Shown here: positions 47,131-57,266 of the stretch, one piece after another
Layout of the letters: the number at the start of each line of letters is the position of its first letter
How positions within the stretch are numbered: position 1 is the first letter of the stretch
Virus record (IMG/VR): IMGVR_UViG_2698537050_000003
Location: 1 to 64,000 of that record
Source of the DNA: a virus
Lineage: Duplodnaviria > Caudoviricetes
DNA: 64,000 bases
Reading direction: 5' to 3' (one strand)
The notes under the pieces: generated by a model
Seen by the model: only the letters and a program-made list of their open reading frames with translations
The model's database searches: none
What the model was told of the DNA's origin: nothing
Program-made: the position numbers and the translations under genes

Positions 47131-48653
47131 GCGATCCTGAAATCCTCATTCTGCCAGCGTCCTGGGCATTATCGCGCGTCGGTGATGTCGCCGTGATCAA
47201 TCCTAAGCTTGTCAAAACTGATCTTGTTGATTCACTAGAAGTCTCGTTCGTCCCTATGCCCGCTGTCCAGGCAGGGACGGGGGAGATCGACGTCACGCTG
47301 ACACGCCAGTTTGGGGAAGTTAAAGCGGGCTATACTGCTTTTCGCGAGGGCGATGTCCTGTTCGCGAAAATCACTCCTTGCATGGAAAATGGCAAAATGG
47401 CCGTTGTCCCGAAAGTCTGCAACGGTCTCGCTTTTGGTTCGACGGAGTTTCATGTCCTGCGCCCCCATAGTGGCATTAATGCGCGTTACATTTATCATTT
47501 CGTATCATCACAGCGTTTCCGGTACGATGCCGAACATAATATGACTGGTGCCGTTGGTCAGCGACGTGTCCCGACCATATACCTCTCCGACCATCTCATA
47601 CCAATACCTCCCAGCGACGAGCAGATTCGCATCGTCGCAAAGATCGAGGAACTGTTCTCTGAACTGGACAATGGCGTTGAGAGTCTCACGACGGCCCGCA
47701 AGCAACTCAAGGTGTATCGCCAGGCCGTCCTCAAACACGCATTTGAGGGCAAGCTAACGGCGGACTGGAGGCAGACAAATCGCACCAGAAGTGAATCAAT
47801 CCAGCAAAGAACCGAAAAGCTGGAGCACTCTAGACGGAAGGCGTGGAGCGACCCAAAAAACACATTTAGGCGCGGCCAGTATAAGCCGCCCGCACCGTAC
47901 GACGATCAAGACGTGCCGCAAGTGCCGAATGATTGGGCGCTCGTCAGTATGGACGCGCTGACATTCCATACGACGAGCGGTTCTCGCGACTGGAGTCAAT
48001 ACTATGATCGAGGAGACGCGACTTTTATTATGGCTCAGAATGTCCGTCCGGGACTATATGACCCGAGCTTTACCCAAAAAATCGATCCCCCGATAAACGG
48101 TCCGGACTCGGAGAGAACCCGCGCTGCGTTGGATGACCTTCTCGTAACGATCGTTGGAGCCAACACAGGCAATCTCTGTCGTTTCGACATAGACTCGACG
48201 TCGCATTACGTGTGCCAAAGCGTTGCCTTAATGAGGCCCGTATTCCCCGAGCTTGCCCGTTTCTTAGAACTATATTTTCAAGCAGAAACGGGAGGGCTTC
48301 GACAATATAAGCGCTACATCTATGGTGCGGGACGGCCACACCTTAGCTTTGACCAAATTAAACAGACAGTTGCGCCGCTACCTGATTTGCAAGAAGCAGA
48401 GCTGATAGTCGAGCGCGTCAGTGCGATTGTTTCCCAGATTGAAGCACTTGAAGACACCTTCGACGACGAGGTCGCAAGGGCAGACGTACTCCGGCAAGCC
48501 ATCCTGAAGAAGGCGTTCTCTGGCCAACTCGTGGCGCAGGATCCGAACGAGGAGCCCGCATCGGTACTGCTGCAGCGGATCAGGGCTGAAAAGGAAGACG
48601 GCGACAGTGGCCGGAAGAAGAACAACAGGAACGGCAAGAAGGAGGCCGCATGA
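47127..48653 (+). CDS. hsdS: Type I R-M specificity subunit
   Basis: Two TRDs; PIPP.DEQ.RIV.KIEELFSELD, RQAVLK.AF.GKL, QDPNEEPAS.LL.RI. Confidence 0.95.
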   Translation: MSDPEILILPASWALSRVGDVAVINPKLVKTDLVDSLEVSFVPMPAVQAGTGEIDVTLTRQFGEVKAGYTAFREGDVLFAKITPCMENGKMAVVPKVCNGLAFGSTEFHVLRPHSGINARYIYHFVSSQRFRYDAEHNMTGAVGQRRVPTIYLSDHLIPIPPSDEQIRIVAKIEELFSELDNGVESLTTARKQLKVYRQAVLKHAFEGKLTADWRQTNRTRSESIQQRTEKLEHSRRKAWSDPKNTFRRGQYKPPAPYDDQDVPQVPNDWALVSMDALTFHTTSGSRDWSQYYDRGDATFIMAQNVRPGLYDPSFTQKIDPPINGPDSERTRAALDDLLVTIVGANTGNLCRFDIDSTSHYVCQSVALMRPVFPELARFLELYFQAETGGLRQYKRYIYGAGRPHLSFDQIKQTVAPLPDLQEAELIVERVSAIVSQIEALEDTFDDEVARADVLRQAILKKAFSGQLVAQDPNEEPASVLLQRIRAEKEDGDSGRKKNNRNGKKEAA

Positions 48654-50140
48654 GCAGCGCACCCATCGTCTCGAAGGTATGGGGCTTTTGTAATACGCTG
48701 CGCGATGATGGCGTCGGCTATGGCGACTATCTGGAGCAGCTCACCTACCTTATCTTCCTCAAGATGGCGGATGAGTACGCGAAACCACCGTACAAGCGCG
48801 ACGTCGGCATACCAAAAAAGTACACATGGCCGATCCTGAAAGTAAAGCGTGGAGCGGAGCTGGAGGGCCACTACATCGAATTGCTGCGTGAGCTTGGCAA
48901 GCGTAAGGACGTGCTCGGACAGATTTTCACGAAGTCGCAGAATAAGATTCAAGACCCCGCCAAGCTCTACCGTCTCATCGACATGATCGATGAAGTGCAG
49001 TGGCTTACGATGGGAGCAGATGTCAAAGGTGACATTTACGAAGGCCTGCTAGAGAAGAACGCCGAAGACACCAAGTCAGGCGCTGGACAGTATTTCACGC
49101 CGCGTGCGCTGATCCGCGCAATGGTGGAATGTGTCCGACCTGGGCCAGGCAAGACCATCGCCGACCCTGCCTGCGGTACAGGCGGCTTCTTTCTTGCTTG
49201 CTATGACTTCCTGACGAACCCAGAGAATTATGAGCTCGACAAGACGCAAAAAGCGCAGCTGAAACGTAAAACATTCTACGGCAACGAAATCGTCGCCAAC
49301 ACGCGCCGCCTCTGCCTAATGAATATGTTTCTCCACAATATCGGCGAAATAGATGGCGACGTACTGATTTCGCCGAACGATGCTTTGGTAGCCGCAAGCG
49401 GGCAGAGCTTTGACTACGTGCTGGCCAATCCGCCGTTCGGAAAGAAAAGCTCGATGAGCTTCACCAACGATGAAGGCGAGGAGGAAACGGACGACCTTAC
49501 CTATAATCGCCAGGATTTTTGGGCGACGACTTCAAACAAGCAGCTGAATTTCGTGCAACATATTCGCTCGATGCTCAAGACGACCGGTCGCGCCGCCGTG
49601 GTTGTACCAGACAACGTGCTTTTCGAAGGTGGTGCGGGAGAGACGGTTCGTCAGAATCTGCTGAAAACTTCTGAGCTACACACTATTTTACGTTTACCGA
49701 CAGGTATTTTTTACGCAAACGGCGTTAAGGCGAATGTGCTCTTCTTCGATAACCATGAAGCTAGCAAGACTCCTTGGACGAAAGCGGTTTGGTATTACGA
49801 TTACCGCACTAACATTCATCACACTTTAAAGAAAAAGCCACTGCGTTTCGAAGACCTCGCCGACTTTATCAATTGCTATAATCCAATAAACCGGCAGAAG
49901 CGCAAGGCTACTTGGCACCCCGACAAGACCCCTGAAGGACGTTGGCGCAAGTTTACTTACGAAGAGCTGATCGCCCGTGACAAGACCAGCCTCGATGTAT
50001 TTTGGCTAAAAGACAAAAGCCTCACCGACTTTGACAACCTGCCAGAACCGGATGAACTCGCAGAGGATATAATCGAGAATCTTGAAGCTGGCCTGACGAA
50101 CTTCCGTCAGGTGTTAGCAGCCTTGAGCAAGGTTGCTTGA
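48650..50140 (+). CDS. hsdM: Type I R-M N6-adenine methyltransferase
   Basis: YLEQLTYLIFLK, GQYFTPR, DPACGTGGF, NPPFG. Confidence 0.95.
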   Translation: MSSAPIVSKVWGFCNTLRDDGVGYGDYLEQLTYLIFLKMADEYAKPPYKRDVGIPKKYTWPILKVKRGAELEGHYIELLRELGKRKDVLGQIFTKSQNKIQDPAKLYRLIDMIDEVQWLTMGADVKGDIYEGLLEKNAEDTKSGAGQYFTPRALIRAMVECVRPGPGKTIADPACGTGGFFLACYDFLTNPENYELDKTQKAQLKRKTFYGNEIVANTRRLCLMNMFLHNIGEIDGDVLISPNDALVAASGQSFDYVLANPPFGKKSSMSFTNDEGEEETDDLTYNRQDFWATTSNKQLNFVQHIRSMLKTTGRAAVVVPDNVLFEGGAGETVRQNLLKTSELHTILRLPTGIFYANGVKANVLFFDNHEASKTPWTKAVWYYDYRTNIHHTLKKKPLRFEDLADFINCYNPINRQKRKATWHPDKTPEGRWRKFTYEELIARDKTSLDVFWLKDKSLTDFDNLPEPDELAEDIIENLEAGLTNFRQVLAALSKVA

Positions 50141-50304
50141 CGGAGATATCCGTTTTGTAACGCACTCTCGGCAAGTCGAAGCACGACACCTCGTGTCCCG
50201 CGATGGGCTCGGTGTGGACACTATGAGATCGTTGTGGAAGAGGTAGGCCGCAGTCGATTGGTGGTAGTAGAAAGTCCGGTAACGCTCCTTAGAGGCAGAC
50301 TGCA

Positions 50305-50838
50305 ATGGAAAATACCGAAGATGCCGTAACGCTAGGTCCAATAGAAGTCTCGCATCCTCACTTAGAAGCCTTCACGGATTTTTTGAAGGAGTTCAACAAG
50401 GAGACGGAGAGGGGCTCAGCGCTTTCTGCAACAGCGTTTATCGATAGTCTGCTCGAACGGACACTGATTGCCTTTCTCATTCCAAACGATAGCGGGAGGG
50501 CGTTAACCAGCGGCTTCAACGCACCATTGGGTACATTCGCTTCACGGATAGTCGCATGTCACGCAATGGGTCTGATTTCAGAAGCTGAATTCAAGGAATG
50601 CCAGATACTTCGGAAGGTGCGGAACGAATTCGCTCATAAGGTCAAAATGTCCTTTGACGATCCGAAAGTGCAGGGTCTCTGTTCTGGACTGAGTGAGTAC
50701 GGCCGATGGGATGATGGCATGCCAGTCCTGCCGAGAGTTAAATTCACCATGTCAGCGGTAGCTATAATCGTAAACCTGACAAACCGACCTCACTACGTAG
50801 GCCAGAAAGCGCTTAAGTACGAAAATTGGCACAGATAG
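50305..50838 (+). CDS. MtlR-like HEPN domain protein
   Basis: ETERG, APLGTF.SRI....MGLI, RKVRNEFAH (RxxxxH). Confidence 0.75.
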   Translation: MENTEDAVTLGPIEVSHPHLEAFTDFLKEFNKETERGSALSATAFIDSLLERTLIAFLIPNDSGRALTSGFNAPLGTFASRIVACHAMGLISEAEFKECQILRKVRNEFAHKVKMSFDDPKVQGLCSGLSEYGRWDDGMPVLPRVKFTMSAVAIIVNLTNRPHYVGQKALKYENWHR

Positions 50839-50884
50839 CTGCGCCCAACGATCTCCACGACACCCTTCGACGAATTGGTCATAT

Positions 50885-51076
50885 AACCGCATCTTTGACC
50901 CGGCTCGGCTCGATGTCGAGATCAAGGATCGCTTTGGGAATCCAGTGATCCTGCGCGAATGGTTCCTCGTGCCGCTGTTCGTGGTCAACGAAGCAGTTGA
51001 TCGGATCAAGGATGGAAGTGTTACCGATTACGTATACGACACCGACGCAGCGACATTGGTCCGCGTGAAAGCCTAA
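50885..51076 (+). pseudogene. C-terminal remnant of YeeC-like (T5orf172/GIY-YIG) nuclease
   Basis: Startless frame RIFDPARLDVEIKDRFGNPVILREWFLVPLFVVNEAVDRIKDG...YD, TAA 51074-76. Confidence 0.65.
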
Positions 51077-51344
51077 CGCTCGGTTTGGATAGCAAATACA
51101 TTCGACACGACTGCGCGTGCCGCTCGGCGGGCACCACGATCTCGCCAGTGGTTACGTTGACAACCCGATATCCAAGAAGGCTGCCAATCCGCCGTGGTCT
51201 CGGTGGCCGGTGCATCGGTCCCTGCTGAACGCGAGAGGGATCTCGCTCGTCTGCAGGCGCTGAGCTGCAGAGACCAGCATGCCCATCGACTTTGTTGGCG
51301 ATTGCTGCGCGCAGGTCTTTCTCTCAGATTTGTGTCCAGCAGTC

Positions 51345-53324
51345 TCAAGAAGTTGTGCTTTCGCCACTGTTGCTCTTTGCCCCAGCTTCGGTGCTTCCTT
51401 CTTTCTGGGCGAGAAAATTCAGCGTTCCTTGCCGGAGGGTAGAAAACTTTCCGACGAACAGGTTGAGGTCGATGTTCTGCCACGGCATGGCTGTCGCGAG
51501 AATGATTTGGTGTTCGACGGGGGCTGTCGCGGAAATCTCAATGACTTGCCTCTGAAAGTTATGGCTGCGCTCCTGCTCCATTCCCTTGTCCTCCGTAATA
51601 TCGATCATGAGGAAGCGCGGGTGGCGGAACATCGGATCATTAAGAGCCGCGTTCAAGAAACCCATAAGGAAGGCCGTCTTTAAGACCACGCGAGAGCTGG
51701 CCGAGAAATAGGTGTGATCGTCTACCGTGATGGAGTTCTTGGCGAAAGAGAATTCGACGCGTTTGGGGTCGCCGAAAGAATCTTGGCGCCTCAAGTCTCC
51801 GCGGAGTATCTTGATTATGTTTTTCGCAATACTTGCCTTTGCGGTCCGCAGGCGATCGGTCTGGCTGAGCTGCAGTGCGCTGATGCGAGCCCCAAGCGCC
51901 TGAATTTCTTCATCCAGCTTTGCCTTCTTTTCGGATAGGTCACCAATCTTGTTAGCCAGTCTGACCTGTCTTTCGATGTCTTCAATGGACTTGTCTGTGT
52001 AACCAAGCTTGCGCTGGAGCGCGCGTATCTCTTCGCGGGCCTTCGATGTAGGTATGGCGCTTAGGTCTGCAAGCTCCTTTGATTTCAGTCGCCAGGTGCT
52101 CTGTAGCGAGCTTAGCTGAGCTTGATGAAGCTTGAGACGTTCTGCCCTGATGTCCTGTAAACGCTCGGATTGTTTAATTTGGATCGAAAGCTCGTTGATG
52201 AGTCCTACGACTCGGTCGCGCGCGCGCTCCGAATCGAGCGGCGTCTTGCAAAGGTGACACGCCGCGACTTCGTCACTCTGCTCAAGGATCTCGGCGTAGC
52301 ACGCAGGGCAGGTACCAAAATGGATCGCACGAACAACTTTGGCAGCAAGGTTCGCATCTCTCAGGGCTTCGAGGCGAGCTTGCAGCGTGTTGATGAAAGC
52401 GGTGGAGTCCGAGATATCGAACTCTATGGCATCCACCTCAGACTGCTTGTCCCGAATGTTTCCTTGAAGCTTTTGGACCTCCTGGTAGAGGTCCTTCTGC
52501 GCCTGAAGCGTGATCCGGTCTGATGATCGATTGGCATAGAATGCCTCCTCAGCGACGGATAGTTGAGAAGTTAGGATATCCCGTTCCTCAATCAAGCTCT
52601 TGCTTCGCTGCTCGATCCAGTTGAGGTCCATACTTCCGTCATCGCCTCCGACGACGCGAAATATACTGCGAAGTTCGGCTGTCGCCTCGGTCAAGTCCCG
52701 CTCTTTAGTTTTCTTCAGCTGTTGAAGCTCGTAAATTTGGGTGTCGAAGGCTCCGCACAGAAGATTTCCGACTGCCTCGCGCAAATTTTCTGGATCATAC
52801 CCTTCAAATCGAAACAGGCTATCGGTTGGCGAAAGCTGATCGGCGTACAAGAGCCGCAAGACCTGATGAATGGTAAGGTTCGATGTTCCTTCGACCGCGA
52901 CATCCGGCATGTCGAGGAGGCGGAAAATCGCTTGGGAAAAGCTCTCTAGGTTCTTCTGGCGGGCGTAGGGGTATCGGTTCCACGCTTCGATCGGTGCTGC
53001 CACAGCCTGCGAATAGCTACCGCCGAATATCTCCATCGAGGACTGAGATGAGGCATCAATCTTGCGGCGAAGCACCGCCGGGTTTCCATTGAACTCGGCC
53101 TCTACCCAAACATGATCGCAAAGCAATGCATGTTCGCTCCAGTCGGTGCGACTAAGGTCTCCGCCAAGGCCATAGAAGATAAAATTCAAAATAGTGGATT
53201 TGCCGGAGGAGTTATCGCCTCGGATGATATTGACGCCGGTATGAAATACCTCGTCATATGCAATCGCAGCACCGCGCTTTACGACCAGCCTCTTGATGAT
53301 AAGACAAGGATCAAACCGAGTCAT
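51345..53324 (-). CDS. SMC/Rad50-like ABC ATPase of ABC-3C/Lamassu-type system (LmuB-like)
   Basis: Walker A GDNSSGKST, YADQ, coiled coils around CPAC/CHLC, signature FSASS, Walker B MIDITEDKG. Confidence 0.88.
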   Translation of the reverse strand: MTRFDPCLIIKRLVVKRGAAIAYDEVFHTGVNIIRGDNSSGKSTILNFIFYGLGGDLSRTDWSEHALLCDHVWVEAEFNGNPAVLRRKIDASSQSSMEIFGGSYSQAVAAPIEAWNRYPYARQKNLESFSQAIFRLLDMPDVAVEGTSNLTIHQVLRLLYADQLSPTDSLFRFEGYDPENLREAVGNLLCGAFDTQIYELQQLKKTKERDLTEATAELRSIFRVVGGDDGSMDLNWIEQRSKSLIEERDILTSQLSVAEEAFYANRSSDRITLQAQKDLYQEVQKLQGNIRDKQSEVDAIEFDISDSTAFINTLQARLEALRDANLAAKVVRAIHFGTCPACYAEILEQSDEVAACHLCKTPLDSERARDRVVGLINELSIQIKQSERLQDIRAERLKLHQAQLSSLQSTWRLKSKELADLSAIPTSKAREEIRALQRKLGYTDKSIEDIERQVRLANKIGDLSEKKAKLDEEIQALGARISALQLSQTDRLRTAKASIAKNIIKILRGDLRRQDSFGDPKRVEFSFAKNSITVDDHTYFSASSRVVLKTAFLMGFLNAALNDPMFRHPRFLMIDITEDKGMEQERSHNFQRQVIEISATAPVEHQIILATAMPWQNIDLNLFVGKFSTLRQGTLNFLAQKEGSTEAGAKSNSGESTTS

Positions 53325-53832
53325 ATCTATACTCCAGAAGTCCTGTGCGATCCTTCAATCCATCGCGGCCGCCGAGGGTATATCGGGCCTTGATCTGGCA
53401 AAGTATGTTCATAATGTCGGCCATGCGCGCATTCAGTGTGCTGCAGCGCGCAGCTAATAAAGTCGGCAGCTCGAGCGCGGTAAATGCTACCTCGTCCGTT
53501 TCCCAGGCCTCAGCGGATAGATGGCCGCTTTGGATGAGGCTGGCTGCAGCGGCACGCTGAAACAGTTCCATTCTTGCAAAAATCGAATTGTCATCAGGCA
53601 TTGCGCCGTAGGGCGCCCTATCTCCATAAGAGCGACTGATCTTCCGCCAACCCGTATCTTCAGAATGAAGCCTGATCGCCTGAAGGCGAAAGGGAAACAG
53701 CAGATAGAAGTCAAGGATGCGCAGCATGTCGAAGGGCATTCTTTTGTGAAATTGGCACGCAACGTTCAGCCGAATGAATCTGAATGCAGCGTGGTAGGCA
53801 TCGAATGCCTCGTTGTAGGTGAGCTGGGTCAT
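53311..53832 (-). CDS. ABC-3C middle component (LmuC-like)
   Basis: Y..AFD.YH..FR, LRILDFYLLFP, GLKDRTGLLEYRYD; coupled to both neighbours. Confidence 0.8.
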   Translation of the reverse strand: MTQLTYNEAFDAYHAAFRFIRLNVACQFHKRMPFDMLRILDFYLLFPFRLQAIRLHSEDTGWRKISRSYGDRAPYGAMPDDNSIFARMELFQRAAAASLIQSGHLSAEAWETDEVAFTALELPTLLAARCSTLNARMADIMNILCQIKARYTLGGRDGLKDRTGLLEYRYDSV

Positions 53833-54416
53833 GGCTGGACCGCGCTGTGGTGCCATCTAATGAAGCATTGTTCGGCGAGCCAGTAGATCATACCCTGGAC
53901 AAGGTTGTGGTTTACCGACATGAGTTCACTGCCGCACTCTTCAACGATTGGATTTGCGATTCTCTCGATCACAAGTGCGTTGATCTCCTCTGGAGTCTTC
54001 CGTGGAATCTGGCCGTAGATGACATGCGTGAACTCGGTCTCGGCCTTCGCTAGGATGTGCACGAAGATCTGCTGAGCTGATGAGTATAGAGACCAACGCT
54101 GCAATAGCTTGGCGAACATCTCCTTTTTTTCGATGGCATCATCGTAATATTGCGATCTTCCGCTGGCTTCCAACTTTGCCTGCAGACCTGCGACGCCATC
54201 TGGGGCGCGTCGGATGTGATAGCGAGCAAGCTCATCGATGATCGTTTGCGTCTGTTCATTGCAGTCGTACTGCTCCTTGAGACGCTGGAGCAGCCTCTCA
54301 ATCATGCCCTTTTTGGTTTCGACGATTATCTTTACTTTGTCGCGAGCAACTATATCGCCATGAGCGTGAGCACCCTGCTGGCTGGAGATCGTGCTGTGGC
54401 CGGTGGCGATGTTCAT
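53829..54416 (-). CDS. ABC-3C CTD protein (LmuA-like) without enzymatic effector; short N-terminal motif
   Basis: GL..KLE.SGR, A..KKE.FAK.L...SLY.SAQ.IF, GMIYWL...CFIRW; only about 35 aa precede this domain. Confidence 0.8.
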   Translation of the reverse strand: MNIATGHSTISSQQGAHAHGDIVARDKVKIIVETKKGMIERLLQRLKEQYDCNEQTQTIIDELARYHIRRAPDGVAGLQAKLEASGRSQYYDDAIEKKEMFAKLLQRWSLYSSAQQIFVHILAKAETEFTHVIYGQIPRKTPEEINALVIERIANPIVEECGSELMSVNHNLVQGMIYWLAEQCFIRWHHSAVQP

Positions 54417-54440
54417 GCGTGTCGTCGTACCAGCACCAAG

Positions 54441-54611
54441 CTAGTGCTTGTCTCGCCCGACAATGTCTCCTCCAGCACGCGCACGCGATTGATCAGTCGC
54501 TGTCCCTTGCCGGTCCGCACGAACATTTTTTGTAAGCTGAAACGTCAACAGCGCTCCGCCCACTGCACCGGTCAGCAAGCCGCCCAAGAAATTCCACAGG
54601 TCAAAACTCAT
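54441..54611 (-). CDS. 56-aa TM peptide with C-terminal GDIVGRDK motif
   Basis: GGGGA RBS; MSFDLWNFLGGLLTGAVGGALLTFQL TM; 24 nt upstream of the CTD gene on the same strand. Confidence 0.75.
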   Translation of the reverse strand: MSFDLWNFLGGLLTGAVGGALLTFQLTKNVRADRQGTATDQSRARAGGDIVGRDKH

Positions 54612-55106
54612 TGCGATTCCCCCAGCCTGAAACAACCATTGCCTGCCTTTTTTGAACGTCGCAACCGTTTAAGTTGTGCACTGGCGTTAGCCTAACTCTA
54701 GAGGTGTTATAATACCTCGGCCGGGTTCATCTCGACGCAGGAAATCAGGGCGACGTCAGCAGTCATTCGGGCAGTCCCCAGTTTCGGTCAGCATCGTTGC
54801 GGCGATTGGCGCTTGTGCTTCTAGGCGGCCAAGCGTGCCGTGCAGAACCGCCGACAGCAAAAAGCGCGCCCCGGTGTCAATCGGGGGCGGGCTTCAACTT
54901 TTTTGAAATTAAATCAGGCGGCGATGGGCATCACCGGCGCGTCGTCGAGCGGCAAGCCTACCGGCCGGATCAATGCGACCGCTGGGACATCGTCCAGCGT
55001 GTCACTTCCCGGCTTTCGCTCGGGAATTGCTATTCGACCCTGGTTGATATCAATTGAACCCGGTGTATGCTTCATCGATTGTCCCGCAGGACGGGAGACA
55101 GCCGCC

Positions 55107-55955
55107 ATGGTAGACAGCATCTGGCCGCCATTAATAACCGGCATGTTTACTATCGGCGGAGTAGTGATCGGGCTTGGATGGAACGCACTGCAAACACCCA
55201 AAACAGAGGAGCGTTTGCGTCGGAACACTCGTATTGCACTCCGCACCTCGTTGTGGGCAGAGCTCACCAGTCTGGCCAAAGTGATGAGCGATGAGATCAA
55301 GTGGATTCAGAACAACGACTTTACTTGGGTTCCGCTTGTAGAAAGCTTCAAGATCTATTTGGCCAATGTCGCGAACCTTGGATTGCTCACTCCTCCCGAG
55401 GCAGAGAAGATCACTGAGGCATATTACCAATACCAAGAGAGTGCGGGGTACGTAGCCAAGTATGCGATTCGCGCCAGGCGCCGGAAAATTGCAAAGAATC
55501 AGCCCGAAACGCCGACGATTGGTAGACTTATCGAGTTTGACTTCACGACTGAAGCCGGCGCCGGCACGAAACAGGACGTGATAAACGCGCTCACCGAAAT
55601 CGTCTCCAAGGCGAATGACGCCGTTCGAGAACTCGAACTGCAACTGAAGCCCCAAGCGGCCAAGCTGCCGGCTTATGCGGTAGCGGAAATCGATGTCAAA
55701 GATCAGGACGGTTACGCGAAGGACTTTCTGCCCAAGGCGCAAGCCAAGCAGGAATTGTTGTCTGACACGCAAGCACCGCGACCAACGGTGTTACAAGCAG
55801 CTTTTGCCGCTGGATTGATAGCTTTCCTGATAAACAAGATCGTAGGATCACCATTCGACGACACGCTGGTGTTCGCTGGTGTGATCTTGGCTTGGCTTGC
55901 TCTCGGCACACTCTGGATCGCAAAAACTCGTGTACCAACGTCCCACAACCTCTAG
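55107..55955 (+). CDS. Membrane-anchored hypothetical protein, apparently chimeric
   Basis: GGGAG RBS; N-terminal TM; internal DUF1330-like fragment PAYAVAEIDVKDQDGY; two C-terminal TMs. Confidence 0.55.
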   Translation: MVDSIWPPLITGMFTIGGVVIGLGWNALQTPKTEERLRRNTRIALRTSLWAELTSLAKVMSDEIKWIQNNDFTWVPLVESFKIYLANVANLGLLTPPEAEKITEAYYQYQESAGYVAKYAIRARRRKIAKNQPETPTIGRLIEFDFTTEAGAGTKQDVINALTEIVSKANDAVRELELQLKPQAAKLPAYAVAEIDVKDQDGYAKDFLPKAQAKQELLSDTQAPRPTVLQAAFAAGLIAFLINKIVGSPFDDTLVFAGVILAWLALGTLWIAKTRVPTSHNL

Positions 55956-55964
55956 GGGGCTTGG

Positions 55965-56420
55965 ATGTCCAACGAAATAGGCTTGGGTGGCGACAGCCTT
56001 AATTTGATAAAGGAATTATTTGGGAGCAAGTTCACGACTAGAGGTGATCTGGCAACGGTCCTTATAGCTGCGCCCGTAGGCTTTGCTGCCGATATCGTTT
56101 TGACGCTCGGCGGTGTAATATCGCCGGGCACGTTTTCACTACTCACGGCAAGTGCTGCGTTAGGCGCAAAGAATGCCATTCAGGCTGGGATCGAGAAAAG
56201 GAAAGAGCGACGCAGCAGGAGGCCTACGATCCCAATCGAGCAAAGGGCGAGAACAACGATAGATTTGATGAGGGAAAATGGTTTGGAAGCAGAGGCTCGC
56301 GCAATTGAAACAGAGTTGCAATTGTATAAGAAGGGGGTGGAGGCTACTGATAAAGACCTTAATGCGGCCATTGAAAGAGCGACTAACGCATATCGGCAAA
56401 AACTGGGACATCCGGCCTAA
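55965..56420 (+). CDS. Hypothetical membrane protein
   Basis: Low-GC ORF, hydrophobic central segment, helical C-terminus. Confidence 0.6.
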   Translation: MSNEIGLGGDSLNLIKELFGSKFTTRGDLATVLIAAPVGFAADIVLTLGGVISPGTFSLLTASAALGAKNAIQAGIEKRKERRSRRPTIPIEQRARTTIDLMRENGLEAEARAIETELQLYKKGVEATDKDLNAAIERATNAYRQKLGHPA

Positions 56421-56532
56421 CAATATTCCTCCTACCGTGGCGCAACACAACGCCCGGCTTGCTTTACGATGGATGCAGCTTTGAAGATTGAGATGCGCGA
56501 GATGATTGAATGAACGATGTTGCGCCGCACGT

Positions 56533-56604
56533 TTGGCCCATCGCGTCATTTGCGTCATTTCGCTGCTGCACAGCAAACGCGTCGCTTTCGGACCAAAGCG
56601 GACT
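56533..56604. repeat. Palindromic intergenic repeat, family A copy 2 (reverse)
   Basis: Reverse complement AGTCCGCTTTGGTCCGAAAGCGAC...GCGAAATGACGC...GATGGGCCA; internal GCGTCATTT duplication. Confidence 0.7.
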
Positions 56605-56870
56605 CAGCTTCAGTGCAACGGTTTTCTAGTCATCCCGCCTTATGCGGCCTGTCCCAAAAATATTCCCGATGCCCCATCTCGCGCTCGGCGTAGTCGTCGA
56701 TCGCGGGACTTGATCGCTTCGATCAGGATCAAGCTGCCAGGCACGCTCATGCGGCAAATCACTTCGGCGGCTCAACGGCGAGGAAGTCGGTGTCAACTTC
56801 CTCAAGACGGGGAAGCAGAAACGCCGCGCTGAGCCAGAACCTCACGTTGAGTGAAGCAACGGACATCTCG

Positions 56871-57227
56871 TCAAACCAGCCGCAACGCCAGCTGCCGGCC
56901 ACCGCGGTTCTCGTGCCGTTCGACGAATTCCGCTATATTCCACGGCACGTCGCTGCCCTGCAAGTCGCAGCGCCGACGCAGTTCCTGAGCGACTTCGGCC
57001 GACACGTCACGCGACCAGCCTTCCCACGGGTTGAAGCCAAAGACGCCGATCGGATTATAGTATTGTCCGTGCAGCAGGTCATGGATCACGGTTTCCAGAT
57101 CGGTCTCATCAATGCTGGTTTCGCGCCAGACGCGGCCGAGCCGGGCTAGATCGTCCACCACTAGGTAGACAGTTTGACCTTCGTCCGTCGGTACGATCGA
57201 CGGTGTCCAGCCGGACTGACGCATCAC
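56871..57227 (-). CDS. Conserved hypothetical protein with C-terminal QLALRL motif
   Basis: WTPSIVP...YLVVDD...WRET...DLETVI.DLL.GQY.NP; paralogue at 60110-60446. Confidence 0.75.
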   Translation of the reverse strand: MMRQSGWTPSIVPTDEGQTVYLVVDDLARLGRVWRETSIDETDLETVIHDLLHGQYYNPIGVFGFNPWEGWSRDVSAEVAQELRRRCDLQGSDVPWNIAEFVERHENRGGRQLALRLV

Positions 57228-57266
57228 ACAACTCCACGCCGTCAGGTCTCAAAGCCGGACCGGGTG

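Noticed and set aside
54840-55106. N-terminal extension of the 371-aa ORF
   Set aside because: Crosses a terminator-like hairpin; better RBS and TM start at 55107
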